Positions 20,095-28,334 of a DNA stretch of 32,000 nt are shown here, piece by piece (the stretch's first letter is position 1; every line of letters begins with the position of its first letter). A program made the translations under genes and the position numbers. The notes under the pieces are model-generated. The model saw only the letters and a program-made list of their open reading frames with translations. It was not told the origin of the DNA and searched no databases. This DNA comes from Methylophaga frappieri (GTDB lineage Bacteria > Pseudomonadota > Gammaproteobacteria > Nitrosococcales > Methylophagaceae): contig NC_017856.1 in NCBI RefSeq assembly GCF_000260965.1, positions 1,410,001 through 1,442,000 of the forward strand. The letters run 5' to 3'.

Positions 20095-21444
20095 TTATCC
20101 CAGTGCGTTTGGAATACGTAGTGACACATGCATTCCTTCTTCATAAGCAGCACTCACAGAAAACTCACCTTTCAAAGTTTCAACCCTTTCTCGCATTGCT
20201 AATAAGCCAATTCCGGGGGTTATAGCATCTAAATCACAGCCTTTACCATTGTCTGAAATTTCAATTGACAATGTTTCACCTTGCAAAGAGAGTGTAATCC
20301 AGACTAAGACAGCAGGGCCAGCATGACGACTAATATTCGTCAGACATTCCTGTACAACACGGTAAGCCGTGAGCTTTATTGTATCGTCAAGATGATTCAG
20401 CTCTTCTTCAGCTAGTAAAATTAATTGATGATGAGTATGGCGTTGTTGCCAATCTGTCGTTAATTCTTTCAGGCTTGCTGTCAGGCCAACACTATCTAAT
20501 GAGGGCGGCCGCAATCGTTGTAACATCGAGCGAACAATGTCTGTTAATTCGCGATTAATTGTCTCAATAGATTGCGCCGCTTGTTTGGCCTCTTTTAAAT
20601 CACTAGCCCCTCTGATTGCCGCAGTATCAAACCGAATGGCAGTCAAATGCTGACCTATCTCATCATGCAGTTCAGCGGCGAGACGCTTACGCTCATCTTC
20701 GTGCAGACTCAATAGTTTGTCGTTGAGTTGACGCAATTCCTGATTGTAATTTTGGAGGCGTCGCCCGATATCACCAATTTGATCGCGCAATCCAAACAGG
20801 CTGTATGGTTGCTCTTTTCGTTTCGACTTTTTACCTGAGTCTGATAATTGGCGATATACCCTGAGAAGATTTTCTGTTGGCTTTAAAATAAGCGAAGCAA
20901 CCATGGCAATGAGAAAACTTACTAATGCATAAATCAACATGAGGGGCAAAATCATGCGAGTGCTGGTTTGCCATATTTCTGTCACCTCACTACTTAGATT
21001 CGGTTTAATTCTTACTTGCCCAATCAGCTGGCCGCCAAGGAAAACAGGCTTATATATTGTGTCCTCATGCAAATAGCCAGACAACAGTCTATAAAACCAT
21101 TCTGGCATCAATTTATCTGAAACGGTTTCATCAGGGTAATTGGCATCCAACAATTCACCATCGGCGCTGAGAAAAGCAATTTCAATATGTCGTAAAGCAC
21201 TCAGGCGAGATAAATCAAATAAGCGTGACAACGTCCCATTGGTCGGCATTTGTCCAAAATTACGAAAATCATTTTGCAACCGACTGGTTTGTGACTCAAT
21301 AAGATAATCAGACAAGGCGGAAGTCATGGTCAAATCAGTATGCACGCGATCTCGTAGATCTCTTAATGCTAAATATTCCGCGATAACGATACCGACGAAA
21401 AAAATAATTACCGCAATTAAATTGAACCTAAACAACAACCTCAT
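20095..21444 (-). CDS. Sensor histidine kinase (2 TM, HisKA_3, HATPase_c)
   Basis: H-box AELHDEIGQHLTAI. QECLTNISRHAG ... DNGKGC ... GIGLLAMRERV. Codon 21450 is TTG. ATG 21444 with AGGGG upstream is preferred. Confidence 0.9.
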   Translation of the reverse strand: MRLLFRFNLIAVIIFFVGIVIAEYLALRDLRDRVHTDLTMTSALSDYLIESQTSRLQNDFRNFGQMPTNGTLSRLFDLSRLSALRHIEIAFLSADGELLDANYPDETVSDKLMPEWFYRLLSGYLHEDTIYKPVFLGGQLIGQVRIKPNLSSEVTEIWQTSTRMILPLMLIYALVSFLIAMVASLILKPTENLLRVYRQLSDSGKKSKRKEQPYSLFGLRDQIGDIGRRLQNYNQELRQLNDKLLSLHEDERKRLAAELHDEIGQHLTAIRFDTAAIRGASDLKEAKQAAQSIETINRELTDIVRSMLQRLRPPSLDSVGLTASLKELTTDWQQRHTHHQLILLAEEELNHLDDTIKLTAYRVVQECLTNISRHAGPAVLVWITLSLQGETLSIEISDNGKGCDLDAITPGIGLLAMRERVETLKGEFSVSAAYEEGMHVSLRIPNALG

Positions 21445-21524
21445 AGCCAACCCCTGATACTGCTTCTTATAAATGCAATTACAGCAATAATCATGATACC
21501 CAGCAGGGGCGGACAGCCATCTAT

Positions 21525-22169
21525 TTAAGCATCAAGCAAACCGCTCCGTATTGCCAATCTTGCCAGCTCTGCAGCATTCGACACATTCAATTTTTGCTTG
21601 ATATTAGTGTGATGCGTACCCACCGTTTTTGGGCTCAGATTAAGAATATCGGCAATGTCGTTAACCGTTTTCCCTTCCGCTAATAGACGAAACACTTCAA
21701 ATTCACGCTGACTCAGCACATCCAATGGACTTTCCGAGCCGGTCAGTTTCTGCATGGCAATCTGCTGGGCAATTTCCGGAGCGATACACGTTCTACCCTG
21801 CGCCACAATATCCACGGCTTTAAGCATTTCTTCCGGCGCGCTGCGTTTGGGAATAAAACCCAAAGCACCCGCCTGCATAGCCCGGGTGGTAAAAACACTG
21901 TCTTCATGAACGCTCAATACCAGAATCTTGGCATTCGGTTCCCGAGCCACAATACGCTCAATGGCACCAACGCCACCTATTCCAGGCATCGAAATATCCA
22001 TCACCACTACATCCGGATGATATTTATTAAAATCTTGTACGGCCTGTTCACCCGACCCGGATTCTGCAACCACCTCAAACTTGTCACCATCTTCCAGCAG
22101 CCTACGGAAGCCTGCTCTGACCAATTCGTGATCGTCGACCAGTAATACTTTAATTTTACTCAATGCCAT
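21525..22169 (-). CDS. NarL/LuxR-family response regulator
   Basis: KVLLVDDHELVRAG ... DVVVMDISMPG. LSQREFEVFRLLAEGKTVNDIADILNLSPKTVGTHHTNIKQKL. ATG 22169 has better SD spacing than 22175. Overlaps the end of the kinase gene. Confidence 0.9.
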   Translation of the reverse strand: MALSKIKVLLVDDHELVRAGFRRLLEDGDKFEVVAESGSGEQAVQDFNKYHPDVVVMDISMPGIGGVGAIERIVAREPNAKILVLSVHEDSVFTTRAMQAGALGFIPKRSAPEEMLKAVDIVAQGRTCIAPEIAQQIAMQKLTGSESPLDVLSQREFEVFRLLAEGKTVNDIADILNLSPKTVGTHHTNIKQKLNVSNAAELARLAIRSGLLDA

Positions 22170-23877
22170 GTTCATTTTCCGTTTGCAGCGGTATTGTCAC
22201 TTTGAGCTTCACACCCTGCCCTAATTGACTCTCTAACGTAAAGCTACCTCCCATACTTTGCGCTCTTTCCCGCATACCCAGCAAACCAAAATCAACATCT
22301 GAATGAAAATCATGTACTTCCATGCCTTTACCATCATCACAAATGCGGATTTCCAGATACGGCTCTTCGGCATCCTGCTCACGGGTAACACTCACTTCAA
22401 TACGACTGGCCTGAGCATGTCTGACCGCATTGGTAATTGCCTCCTGCACAACACGAAACACGGTCATATTACAGGCTTCGTTCAGGCCGGATACGGCATC
22501 ATCAATTGTCATATCAAACTGGATTTCCGGCTGCCGCTCACGCCAATTTTTGATCGCTTCTTCCAGCGTCGCTTTCAGCCCCAGATCATCCAGCGGACTT
22601 GGCCGCAAACGGGTAATCATATTATGCACAACATCATAGATATGACTGGCGGTATCAATGATCGCCTGAGCACTTTTGAATAACTTGGGCTCGGTTTCCA
22701 AAGTGCGGTTTCGAATCAAAACCGCATCCGTTTTGATCGCCGTCAAACATTGACCCAGTTCATCGTGAAGTTCTCGCGCCAAATGTCGGCGCTCGGCTTC
22801 TTGTGCCTGCTCCAGATGCTTGGTCAATAGCCGGTTTTCATGCAATTGCGCTTTGGCTTTTTCTGCCTGCTTGTGCTGAGTGATATCTCTTAGAGTACAA
22901 ATGACCCCAATAATGCAACCATCGTTTTCCTGTAACGGCACGGTAGACATCAAAAGTGAGACAACCTCACCATTTGGTGTGACCAAACTGGTTTGCAGGT
23001 TTTCCACCGCCTGGCAGCCCTCAATGATACGAATAATCTGGCCACGATTTTCCTTTAATCCCAGCGCCGTTAACGATTCTCCCATCAACACCGGTGTTTG
23101 GTTCGCAAACAGCCTTTCAGCGGTGGCGTTACAGAAAGTAATGTAACCCGCATGATCCAAAGATAAAATGGCATCTCCAGACTGTTTTACCAGCGCTGCC
23201 AACCGGCGGTTTTCGACACTGCTAAGTTGTAACGCTTCGCCCATCCGGTTGAATGTCTGACTGATCTGATCCATCTCAGCCAACGAAAAATGTGGCAGGC
23301 GTAAATGCAAATCCCCGCGCTCCATACCCGACAGGGCATCCAGTAATCGCTGCAGGGGACGCATCAACCAGCCGACTCCCCAGTAAATCAACACCACGAC
23401 AAAGACAAAAATGACCAGTCCCAGCGCCATAATGTCTCGTATGTCCCGCCAGCGTTCGGCAATCTCCTGAATCGGCGCAGCATAGATAACCATGTGACCA
23501 TCGCCAAAGCGGCGCGACAAGGGACTGATTTCCGGAAACAATATTCTGACAAACCATCCCGGCGGCTGCTCTTTAATCCTGTTCTCAGGCTGGCCTTCAA
23601 ACATCAGTCCCTGCTCATCAAACATCAAAATATGCAGACTGCGCATCTCACTGAGCGCAATAACCAGCTCTTTCATATGCTCGCTGACGGGTCTATCACG
23701 ATTCAGCCGCGCTCCAGCCAGCGTCACCGTAATAATATGTGCGGTTGCATCCATGGTGTCTTGGACTTCAGACTTGACCGACTGACGCGCGTTGGAAATC
23801 AGCACCCAGGCACTTGCTAACACCGACAAAAACAGCAGCAGCGCAAAAAAAAGATTAACTTTTAACTTTAAACTCAT
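22156..23877 (-). CDS. Sensor histidine kinase (2 TM + periplasmic domain, HAMP, PAS, HisKA_3, HATPase_c)
   Basis: 573 aa. H-box RELHDELGQCLTAI. QEAITNAVRHAQAS ... DDGKGM ... FGLLGMRERA. PAS-like segment between HAMP and H-box (SGDAILSLDHAGYITFCNATAERLF...). ATGA overlap with the soxZ-like stop. Confidence 0.9.
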   Translation of the reverse strand: MSLKLKVNLFFALLLFLSVLASAWVLISNARQSVKSEVQDTMDATAHIITVTLAGARLNRDRPVSEHMKELVIALSEMRSLHILMFDEQGLMFEGQPENRIKEQPPGWFVRILFPEISPLSRRFGDGHMVIYAAPIQEIAERWRDIRDIMALGLVIFVFVVVLIYWGVGWLMRPLQRLLDALSGMERGDLHLRLPHFSLAEMDQISQTFNRMGEALQLSSVENRRLAALVKQSGDAILSLDHAGYITFCNATAERLFANQTPVLMGESLTALGLKENRGQIIRIIEGCQAVENLQTSLVTPNGEVVSLLMSTVPLQENDGCIIGVICTLRDITQHKQAEKAKAQLHENRLLTKHLEQAQEAERRHLARELHDELGQCLTAIKTDAVLIRNRTLETEPKLFKSAQAIIDTASHIYDVVHNMITRLRPSPLDDLGLKATLEEAIKNWRERQPEIQFDMTIDDAVSGLNEACNMTVFRVVQEAITNAVRHAQASRIEVSVTREQDAEEPYLEIRICDDGKGMEVHDFHSDVDFGLLGMRERAQSMGGSFTLESQLGQGVKLKVTIPLQTENEHGIE

Positions 23878-24191
23878 TGTACTGTGGTTTCAGCCGCCCC
23901 TTTGCCACCGGTGTTATCCACCCAGCGCAATTTGATTTTATCGCCAACGACGCCTCCCTGCAGCTGAAAGGCGAAGAAAGGATTACGTGAGGTTGCTGTG
24001 CCACATTTCACCGTCAGCACTTCAATCTCATTGCGCCAGAGTCGAATATCCTGAATAAACTTAGCCGGAATCAACTCTCCTTCCGTGTTTTCACCACGGC
24101 CCGTGTGCATGGGATGTGCTAATAAAATCCGAATCAGCGTGTCGCCATCATGCAGTTTGGCACGAATACGATCTTTGCCTTTCACCGCCAT
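23874..24191 (-). CDS. soxZ: SoxZ-like sulfur-carrier subunit
   Basis: IRAKLHDGDTLIRILLAHPMHTGRG ... PAKFIQDIRLWRNEIEVLTVKCGTATSRNPFFAFQL is the SoxZ fold pattern. TGATG overlap with soxY-like at 24191. Confidence 0.75.
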   Translation of the reverse strand: MAVKGKDRIRAKLHDGDTLIRILLAHPMHTGRGENTEGELIPAKFIQDIRLWRNEIEVLTVKCGTATSRNPFFAFQLQGGVVGDKIKLRWVDNTGGKGAAETTVQ

Positions 24192-24679
24192 CAGGCACAT
24201 CCTCCAATGTCAATCTCGACAAACCTTTTCGCAATGTATAACTGATTTTCTGCCCGGATCACGGCAATAATGTCTGCATCCTCAGCCACCTTAATCAGCG
24301 TTTTGAATGGCAACATAACCGCGCTATGCAGGGTCATACTCATCGCCAGCGGCGATGGATTTTTATCCACCAGCAAGGCAAGATGTTCAATATTTTTCAG
24401 CGTGGTGTTGACTTCAACCGGCACCGTCGCGCCATTCACGGCATAAGTCGGCGGCGCACCAACGGTGAAGCTGACACTGTCATCATCAATCGTTTCTGCT
24501 TGGCCAAGTAACGCTTTCAATGCATCTTCCAGCGTCTTCGCCGCAAAGGCTTCTCGCGGCCAATGTGCCAATACTTGCTTTGGCAGTAGCAGGCCACTAG
24601 CAGCGACACAGGCCAGTGTCGCTGCCGATACACCTTGCTTCAACCAATAACGGCGAGTTTTATCAAAATGGCTAGTCAT
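24191..24679 (-). CDS. soxY: SoxY-like sulfur-carrier subunit with Tat signal
   Basis: Twin-arginine motif TRRYWLKQG. C-terminus ...EIDIGGCA* places the carrier Cys near the C-terminus, whereas canonical SoxY ends GGCGG. ATGA overlap with the bepA-like stop. Confidence 0.75.
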   Translation of the reverse strand: MTSHFDKTRRYWLKQGVSAATLACVAASGLLLPKQVLAHWPREAFAAKTLEDALKALLGQAETIDDDSVSFTVGAPPTYAVNGATVPVEVNTTLKNIEHLALLVDKNPSPLAMSMTLHSAVMLPFKTLIKVAEDADIIAVIRAENQLYIAKRFVEIDIGGCA

Positions 24680-26124
24680 CGTTGTCTTTCCATCAGCGCC
24701 AGTTGGTCTTCCACTTGTTTAAGGCGTGAATTAATTCGTGCCTGTTGATAAGCATCGCCTTTGGCATGGTCCGCTGCAATACGCAACTGGTCTGCCGCCG
24801 CGGCGATTTGTCCAGACTGATAATACGCCTCTGCCAGCCAAAAATGTGACTGACTTCGGTTGCCCATTTGCTCATGTGCTTTGCCAAGTAAGCGATACAC
24901 TTCTTGTGAGTTTTCGCCAATATCGATCAGGCGTTGCAATAATTTCGCGGCTTGACTGGGCTGGCCTGTGCGTAACTGCAAATCAACTTGCTCCAATGTT
25001 AAGGCACGATCATCAGGATAAAGCCGCTGATTATCCTGATAAATTGCCAACGCCCTGCTGGTGTTTCCCACGGCAATTTCCAAATCGGCAAGGGTCAACT
25101 GATAACTGAGTCTATCGCCATCTTTTTCTACCAGCGGCATTAACGCTTTTCTCGCTTCGCTTGTTTGATTGGCTTTTAACAAGGCCCGTGCATAACCGTA
25201 TTGCAATACTTCCTGATCATGATCGTCTGAATTTTCTCGCCGTTTTTTTCGATATTCCTCCAGCGTGGCCTGCAAATCATCACTGGTCATCACCCGTAAT
25301 TTTTCGCGCATCAGATAGAACTGTTTGGTGTCGCGCTGATTGCTGACAGACGGATAATCTTCTGCTCGGGCACGCGTTTCAGCGATACGGGACCCCGTAA
25401 TCGGGTGAGTCCGCAAAAACTCCGGCACATGGGCGCCGCCATAAAAGCGACCCGCTACCTGTAATCGCTCAAAGAACCGCGGCATTGCATAAGGGTCAAA
25501 ACCCGCACTGACCAAGGTCTGCATGCCCAGACTATCCGCCTCCGCTTCGTGTGCCCGCGTGTAATTCAACTGCATTTGTACCGCGCCGCCCTGCACTGCC
25601 ATCATCGCGGCACTGCCGGCACTGGGATCAGCGATACCAAGCAGCGCAGCAGCGATCATAGCGGCTGTTAGCGGCACACTTAACCGCTCACTTTTTTCAT
25701 AACCACGCAAAATATGACGCTGGGTAACGTGAGCAATCTCATGCGCAATAACCGACGCCATTTCATCTTCGGTTTCGGCGGTCATCATTAACCCACTATG
25801 TACCCCCACAAATCCACCTGGTGCGGCAAACGCATTGATTGACGGATCTTCGACCATAAAAAAAGTATACGGTAAGGCTGGCTGATCACTGGCTGCCGCG
25901 AGCCGATAACCCAGACTGCGCACATAATCCTGCACTTCCGGATCGGCAACAAAGTCGACCTGTCGCTGCAATTGCCAATAAAAACTCTGGCCAACCTGAT
26001 ACTCCTCAATTGGAGACACCAACTCGCCGGCACTGTCCCCCATTTCAGGCAACTGAATATTCAGATTGGCCTGGGTGCCTGGTATGACCAGAAACAAAAT
26101 CAAACTGATAATGTGTTTTTTCAT
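24676..26124 (-). CDS. bepA: Periplasmic M48 zinc metalloprotease with C-terminal TPR domain (BepA/YfgC-like)
   Basis: 482 aa. Signal peptide MKKHIISLILFLVIPGTQA. LPEMGDSAG ... INAFAAPGGFVGVHSGL ... HEIAHVTQRH (HExxH) ... EAEADSLG, collinear with E. coli BepA. TPR-like C-terminal half. Confidence 0.85.
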   Translation of the reverse strand: MKKHIISLILFLVIPGTQANLNIQLPEMGDSAGELVSPIEEYQVGQSFYWQLQRQVDFVADPEVQDYVRSLGYRLAAASDQPALPYTFFMVEDPSINAFAAPGGFVGVHSGLMMTAETEDEMASVIAHEIAHVTQRHILRGYEKSERLSVPLTAAMIAAALLGIADPSAGSAAMMAVQGGAVQMQLNYTRAHEAEADSLGMQTLVSAGFDPYAMPRFFERLQVAGRFYGGAHVPEFLRTHPITGSRIAETRARAEDYPSVSNQRDTKQFYLMREKLRVMTSDDLQATLEEYRKKRRENSDDHDQEVLQYGYARALLKANQTSEARKALMPLVEKDGDRLSYQLTLADLEIAVGNTSRALAIYQDNQRLYPDDRALTLEQVDLQLRTGQPSQAAKLLQRLIDIGENSQEVYRLLGKAHEQMGNRSQSHFWLAEAYYQSGQIAAAADQLRIAADHAKGDAYQQARINSRLKQVEDQLALMERQR

Positions 26125-26237
26125 AACGCGTTTAGACTTGGCCCAATAAGCGCGGTTCCAAAAAACTCGCCATGCGAAAAATAACTGATACGTTTATCAT
26201 GGCCCCTTGTTTTCTAGAATTATTCGGAGACAGCAGT

Positions 26238-26474
26238 ATGTCAGATTTTGCTGCAGAAATTGATACCTCCGGGCTCAATTGCCCCCTACCGGTTCTCAAG
26301 GCCCGTCAAGCATTAGCGGAACTGACAACAGGCCAACAGTTACATCTAATCGCCACGGATAAAGGTGCAGCTAAAGATATTCCTGCGTTTTGCAAAATGA
26401 CCGGAAATGCGCTGATTGACAGCAGTGAAACCGACGACAAACTGCACTTTATCATCGAAAAAGGCGGCATCTGA
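26238..26474 (+). CDS. TusA/SirA-family sulfurtransferase
   Basis: 78 aa from ATG 26238 (GGAGA at 26226-30). Active-site motif LNCPLPVLKA (CPxP). Confidence 0.8.
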   Translation: MSDFAAEIDTSGLNCPLPVLKARQALAELTTGQQLHLIATDKGAAKDIPAFCKMTGNALIDSSETDDKLHFIIEKGGI

Positions 26475-26938
26475 TGACTAAAAAAATGGCGATCATTGCC
26501 AGCAAAGGCACGCTGGATGGGGCTTACCCCCCATTTTTACTAGCATCAACCGCGGCAGCACTTGGTTTCGAAGCCAAAATCTTTTTTACCTTTTACGGCC
26601 TACAACTTCTTAAAAAAGACTTAAGCCCAAAAGTCTCCCCACTAGGCAATCCTGCCATGCCAATGCCTGTGCCAATGCCAAATTTATTGCAGATTTTGCC
26701 GGGGGTCGAAGCCTTTGCCAGTTGGATGATGCGGCGGAAATTAAAACAAAAAGGCGTCGCCAGCCTGACCGAACTACGCACTATCTGTTTGGACTCTAAT
26801 GTCGAGCTGATTGCCTGCCAAATGACGGTCGATCTGTTTGACTTCAAAAACCACGATTTTATTGATGGTATCAGCCATGGCGGCGCCGCAACCTTTCTGG
26901 CTTTTGCCAGCGAGGCCGATATTACCCTTTATATCTGA
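26474..26938 (+). CDS. DsrE/DsrF/DsrH-like family protein
   Basis: 154 aa. MAIIASKGTLDGAYPPFLLASTAAALGFEAKIFFTFYGL ... ELIACQMT (candidate active Cys). TGATG coupling with the tusA-like gene. Confidence 0.65.
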   Translation: MTKKMAIIASKGTLDGAYPPFLLASTAAALGFEAKIFFTFYGLQLLKKDLSPKVSPLGNPAMPMPVPMPNLLQILPGVEAFASWMMRRKLKQKGVASLTELRTICLDSNVELIACQMTVDLFDFKNHDFIDGISHGGAATFLAFASEADITLYI

Positions 26939-26958
26939 TCTTAAAAACGAGGCCCGGC

Positions 26959-27585
26959 ATGCAATTTATCTGGAAAACATTTCTCAAAGGACTGGCGGCC
27001 TTATTGCCAGTGGGCCTGACGCTTTACATCATATACTGGTTAGCCCTGTCTGCAGAAAAAGCGGTTAGCCCTATTCTAAAAGCCATTTTGCCTGAGCATC
27101 TGTATTGGCCGGGAATGGGATTATTGGCTGGTATTGGTTTGATTTTTGCCGTTGGTATCGCCGTTAACGCTTGGTTGATTAAACGCCTGTTCGACTTGGG
27201 TGAATCCCTGCTCGAACGTATACCACTGGTTAAATCCATTCATGGCGCCTTACGCGACTTTATGCATTTCTTTTCGCGTGACAAACAACGTGAAAATCTC
27301 AATCATGCGGTGGCCGTTACTATTAATGGCGTTCACCTGATAGGGTTTCAGGTACGTGACAATATTCACGGCTTACTGGAAAACGAAGAAGATACCGAAG
27401 ATCGAGTAGCCGTCTACCTGCCGATGAGTTATCAAATTGGCGGATACACGGTATTGATACCTCGCAATCAGGTGCAAGCCCTAGAACTAGGCACTGAAGA
27501 TGCCATGCGTTGGATTCTGACGGCCGGCCTCTCTACTAGTGATAAACACTTAGAAAGATCGCCCATCATACAAACCCCAGACTAA
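26959..27585 (+). CDS. DUF502-family membrane protein
   Basis: 208 aa. Two N-terminal TM helices and the LLERIPLVKSIHGALRDF motif typical of DUF502. Confidence 0.75.
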   Translation: MQFIWKTFLKGLAALLPVGLTLYIIYWLALSAEKAVSPILKAILPEHLYWPGMGLLAGIGLIFAVGIAVNAWLIKRLFDLGESLLERIPLVKSIHGALRDFMHFFSRDKQRENLNHAVAVTINGVHLIGFQVRDNIHGLLENEEDTEDRVAVYLPMSYQIGGYTVLIPRNQVQALELGTEDAMRWILTAGLSTSDKHLERSPIIQTPD

Positions 27586-27592
27586 ACCGGCA

Positions 27593-27642
27593 TGGCGTCC
27601 CCGGCAGGAGTCGAACCTGCGACCTTCCCCTTAGGAGACGGA
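27593..27642 (-). tRNA. 3' fragment (anticodon loop to CCA) of a tRNA-Arg(CCU)-like gene. Truncated, acting as an att-type junction.
   Basis: The minus strand reads ..CTCCTAA GGGGA AGGTC GCAGG TTCGACT CCTGC CGGGGAC G CCA: T-arm, acceptor 3' strand, discriminator and CCA. No GTCCCCG 5' acceptor strand and no D-arm exist upstream, where there is only AT-rich sequence. Confidence 0.7.
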
Positions 27643-27821
27643 TTTAACCTTTTGTTTTATATAGGGTGAATTTGCAACACACTGATTTTTAAGTCACTTA
27701 GTATAACGTCATATCACACTAAGTCACTACTAATCATCGTGTTAGTGTCCCAAAATTGTCCCAAATCCAAACCGGCGAATGAAGCACATGAAAACTGGTT
27801 AAAAGTAAAGCTGCGGAAAAA

Positions 27822-28283
27822 TTAATTGTGTTTTTTTAACTCCGACTGCAGTTCGTTGAGTTGAGCTTGAAACTTGTCTCTGCGCTCGCGGAACTCTTTC
27901 ACTCTTTTTAGTAAGTAGGGTGATGGCTCTTTTGCAATGCTGTTCTCAAGAGCAACTATTTCGACCTCGTATTTACTAATTTGCTTTTGTGAGAATGCTA
28001 TTTCAGTTTTTAAATCACGAACTGCCCCTACCTCAGGGTTAAGTACAGACATAACTGGCCCCAAAGAGATAACAACTACAAATAAGATCACTAAATAACT
28101 GAAAGCAGATAAACCACCACCTGTCGTATACATAGTGGTTCCACAGTACGGGCATATATGCTCTATTTTCTTTTTCGTGAAGAATGAGCCTGTGTGCCAA
28201 AGCCTCGGTGTTGCTCGCTTTCCACAGTTCTTACACTCAACTCTTTGATCTGACATATTCAAAGTCCTTTTTTGATAGTTCAT
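27822..28283 (-). CDS. Hypothetical zinc-ribbon / single-TM / coiled-coil protein
   Basis: 153 aa (or 144 aa from M10). CKNCG...x22...CPYCG cysteine pairs. Hydrophobic segment LSAFSYLVILFVVVISLGPVMSVL. C-terminal heptad-rich, charged 70 aa. AGGA 5 nt upstream of ATG 28283. Confidence 0.6.
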   Translation of the reverse strand: MNYQKRTLNMSDQRVECKNCGKRATPRLWHTGSFFTKKKIEHICPYCGTTMYTTGGGLSAFSYLVILFVVVISLGPVMSVLNPEVGAVRDLKTEIAFSQKQISKYEVEIVALENSIAKEPSPYLLKRVKEFRERRDKFQAQLNELQSELKKHN

Positions 28284-28334
28284 CCATGTCCTGACCTAAA
28301 GTCAGTTCGAAATAGTCATTATTTCCGTCATAAA

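Noticed and set aside
23874-24679. Taking soxYZ as evidence for a complete thiosulfate-oxidising Sox pathway
   Set aside because: No soxA, soxX, soxB or soxCD is in the window, and the pair is embedded in a protease/two-component operon. Only a carrier-like function can be claimed.
27593-27675. Full-length tRNA gene on the minus strand
   Set aside because: The 3' half folds correctly, but the upstream sequence (gcaaattcaccctatataaaacaaaaggttaaa) has no 5' acceptor strand complementary to CGGGGAC and no D-arm. I call it a fragment.
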